A program made the position numbers and the translations under genes. Under the pieces are notes generated by a model. That model worked only from the letters and a program-made list of their open reading frames with translations. It had not been told where the DNA came from and did not search any database. A stretch of 64,000 nucleotides of DNA from Hypanus sabinus (taxonomy: Eukaryota). The stretch covers positions 23,312,001-23,376,000 of the forward strand of contig NC_082731.1 in the NCBI RefSeq assembly GCF_030144855.1, read 5' to 3'. Positions 62,576 to 64,000 of the stretch are shown in pieces. Each line of letters starts with the position of its first letter. The stretch's first letter is position 1.

Positions 62576-64000
62576 GAGAGGTCTCAAGATGGCGCTTATG
62601 GAGTAAACCGCTTTTGGCTTTGTTCCAAATCTTTTACGTCTTTTTAACCTGCAAACACCCCTTAAATGATCTTTTTTGTACTTATTCTAAAGGGGTTTAA
62701 ATATATACAAATTTTATTTTTAACTAATCGATCTGTTTTCAACTCGATGAAATGTCTAAAGCAAAAGAATCGAAACAGACGAAAGAACCGATAACATTAG
62801 AAACTATTGCAAAGCTTATAGAAGATAAATTTGCGGGACTGGAGAGAAAAATTACCGAACAGCTTTTTGCGTTTGATGAGCGTTTAAAATCATTCGAAGG
62901 AGTACTTAAAACGCTTTCACTGGAACTACAAAAACAACAAGCAAGTATTTTGGTACTTGAAGAAGCCGCTTGGAAGAAAGAACATATTATCGAAACTCTG
63001 AAACAAGAGCAAGCTTCGACTTCTCAACAGATGGATCGTTATAAATCTAAAATTATTGATCTTGAAAATCGTTCTCGAATGCAAAATCTTCGGCTAATTG
63101 GGATTCCGAAAAAGTTTGAGATCGGTGATCTTACCGTTGTCTTTTCTAAACTTCTAAAAGATGTCTTCGGTTCAGATGTTCTGGACTCTCCTCCAATAAT
63201 CGATCGTGCTCACCGTATCTCTCGCTATCATTCTTATTCAGACAAACCAAGGCATGTAATTCTCCGGATCCATTACCCTCATATCAAAGAGCGACTGATT
63301 CGAGCCGCTCGGAAAATGGGTATGATTAACTTTGAAGAATTCAAATTTCGTATTTAGGAAGATTATAGTCCTGAAGTTTTAAGGGCAAGAATGGCTCTTA
63401 GTCCGGTTATATCTAAATTTCACCAGGAAGGCTACAAGCAAGCGTTGTTATTTCCAGCACATCTGGGAGTTACTTCTGGAGACGGAACTGTTCGGCTGTT
63501 TAAAGCTACAGCGGACCCTTAAAGTTTTTTGGAACAATGACACTCTATTGCATTGACTAATGTAATAATTAGCCAATAAATATCGATCTCTTACAGAAGA
63601 ATGGTCTTTTTTTAGGTATGGCTGACATGTATTTTTTATATATTGTAAAAGTTCTCTTTTTTTTGGTCTATTCTGATTTTATTATTTTTTTATATTTTCC
63701 TAATTTATTAACCTTGAAAATAACTGATGAGGGTTCCTTTTTTAAGTTTGTATAAGCTTTTTTTTTATATTTTTAACATTTAAATATTAAGATTTAAAAA
63801 AAACAAAAATAGTAAAATGGCGTTTCTTCTACCCGACAGACTTTAGTGCCTGAAACCACATATTTGTTTTGATGAGTTGAAAGTTTTAAATTCTCATTTA
63901 AAATACTATTTTAGTAGAATTTATTTATGGGTTATATCAATTTATTTTTTTAACCGTTTTGTTTTATATATATATATATATAATACTAATTTTATATTTT
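62575..64000 (+). mobile_element. L1 LINE 5' end: 5' UTR, ORF1 and T-rich inter-ORF region (continues beyond the window)
   Basis: CAAGATGGCG at 62585-62594 near the 5' end, followed by an L1-type ORF1 and an AT-rich tract. Confidence 0.85.
62752..63522 (+). pseudogene. L1 ORF1p (coiled coil, RRM, CTD) with one premature stop
   Basis: IDLENRSRMQNLRLIGIP and IDRAHRI motifs. In-frame TAG at 63355-63357, then the frame continues EDYSPEV...LLFPAHL to TAA at 63520-63522. Confidence 0.9.

Noticed and set aside
1-64000. Most short ORFs in the six-frame track
   Set aside because: They are antisense or off-frame readings of TE sequence or low-complexity DNA, with no splice or motif support. No rRNA, tRNA gene or CRISPR-like array was seen.

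Overview
Vertebrate genomic DNA, most consistent with a cartilaginous fish (inferred from the shark/ray-type TCR V segment and the repeat complement). Most of the window is transposable-element sequence. The only intact host gene is one T-cell receptor alpha/delta-type V segment on the minus strand: leader exon 40629-40590, V exon 40267-39964, and a 23-type RSS with a 22-nt spacer at 39963-39926. The TE content includes many CR1 LINE fragments (one young, nearly complete ORF2 at 27.3-30.8 kb), a HERO-type RLE LINE bounded by ~140-bp direct repeats, and two Gmr1-like Gypsy elements with integrase before RT, one nested in a CR1 and one in a Tc1. There is also a conventional Gypsy, an Academ-type XPG relic, Rex1/Babar pieces, Penelope-type hammerhead relics and the 5' end of an L1. 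The leads most worth testing are a degenerate leader plus V-J-like IgSF pseudogene at 15.0-15.3 kb, a possible -1 frameshift signal at the CR1 ORF1/ORF2 junction, and the structured terminal repeats of the HERO element. TE boundaries are read by eye and are approximate unless exact termini are quoted. No database searches were run.
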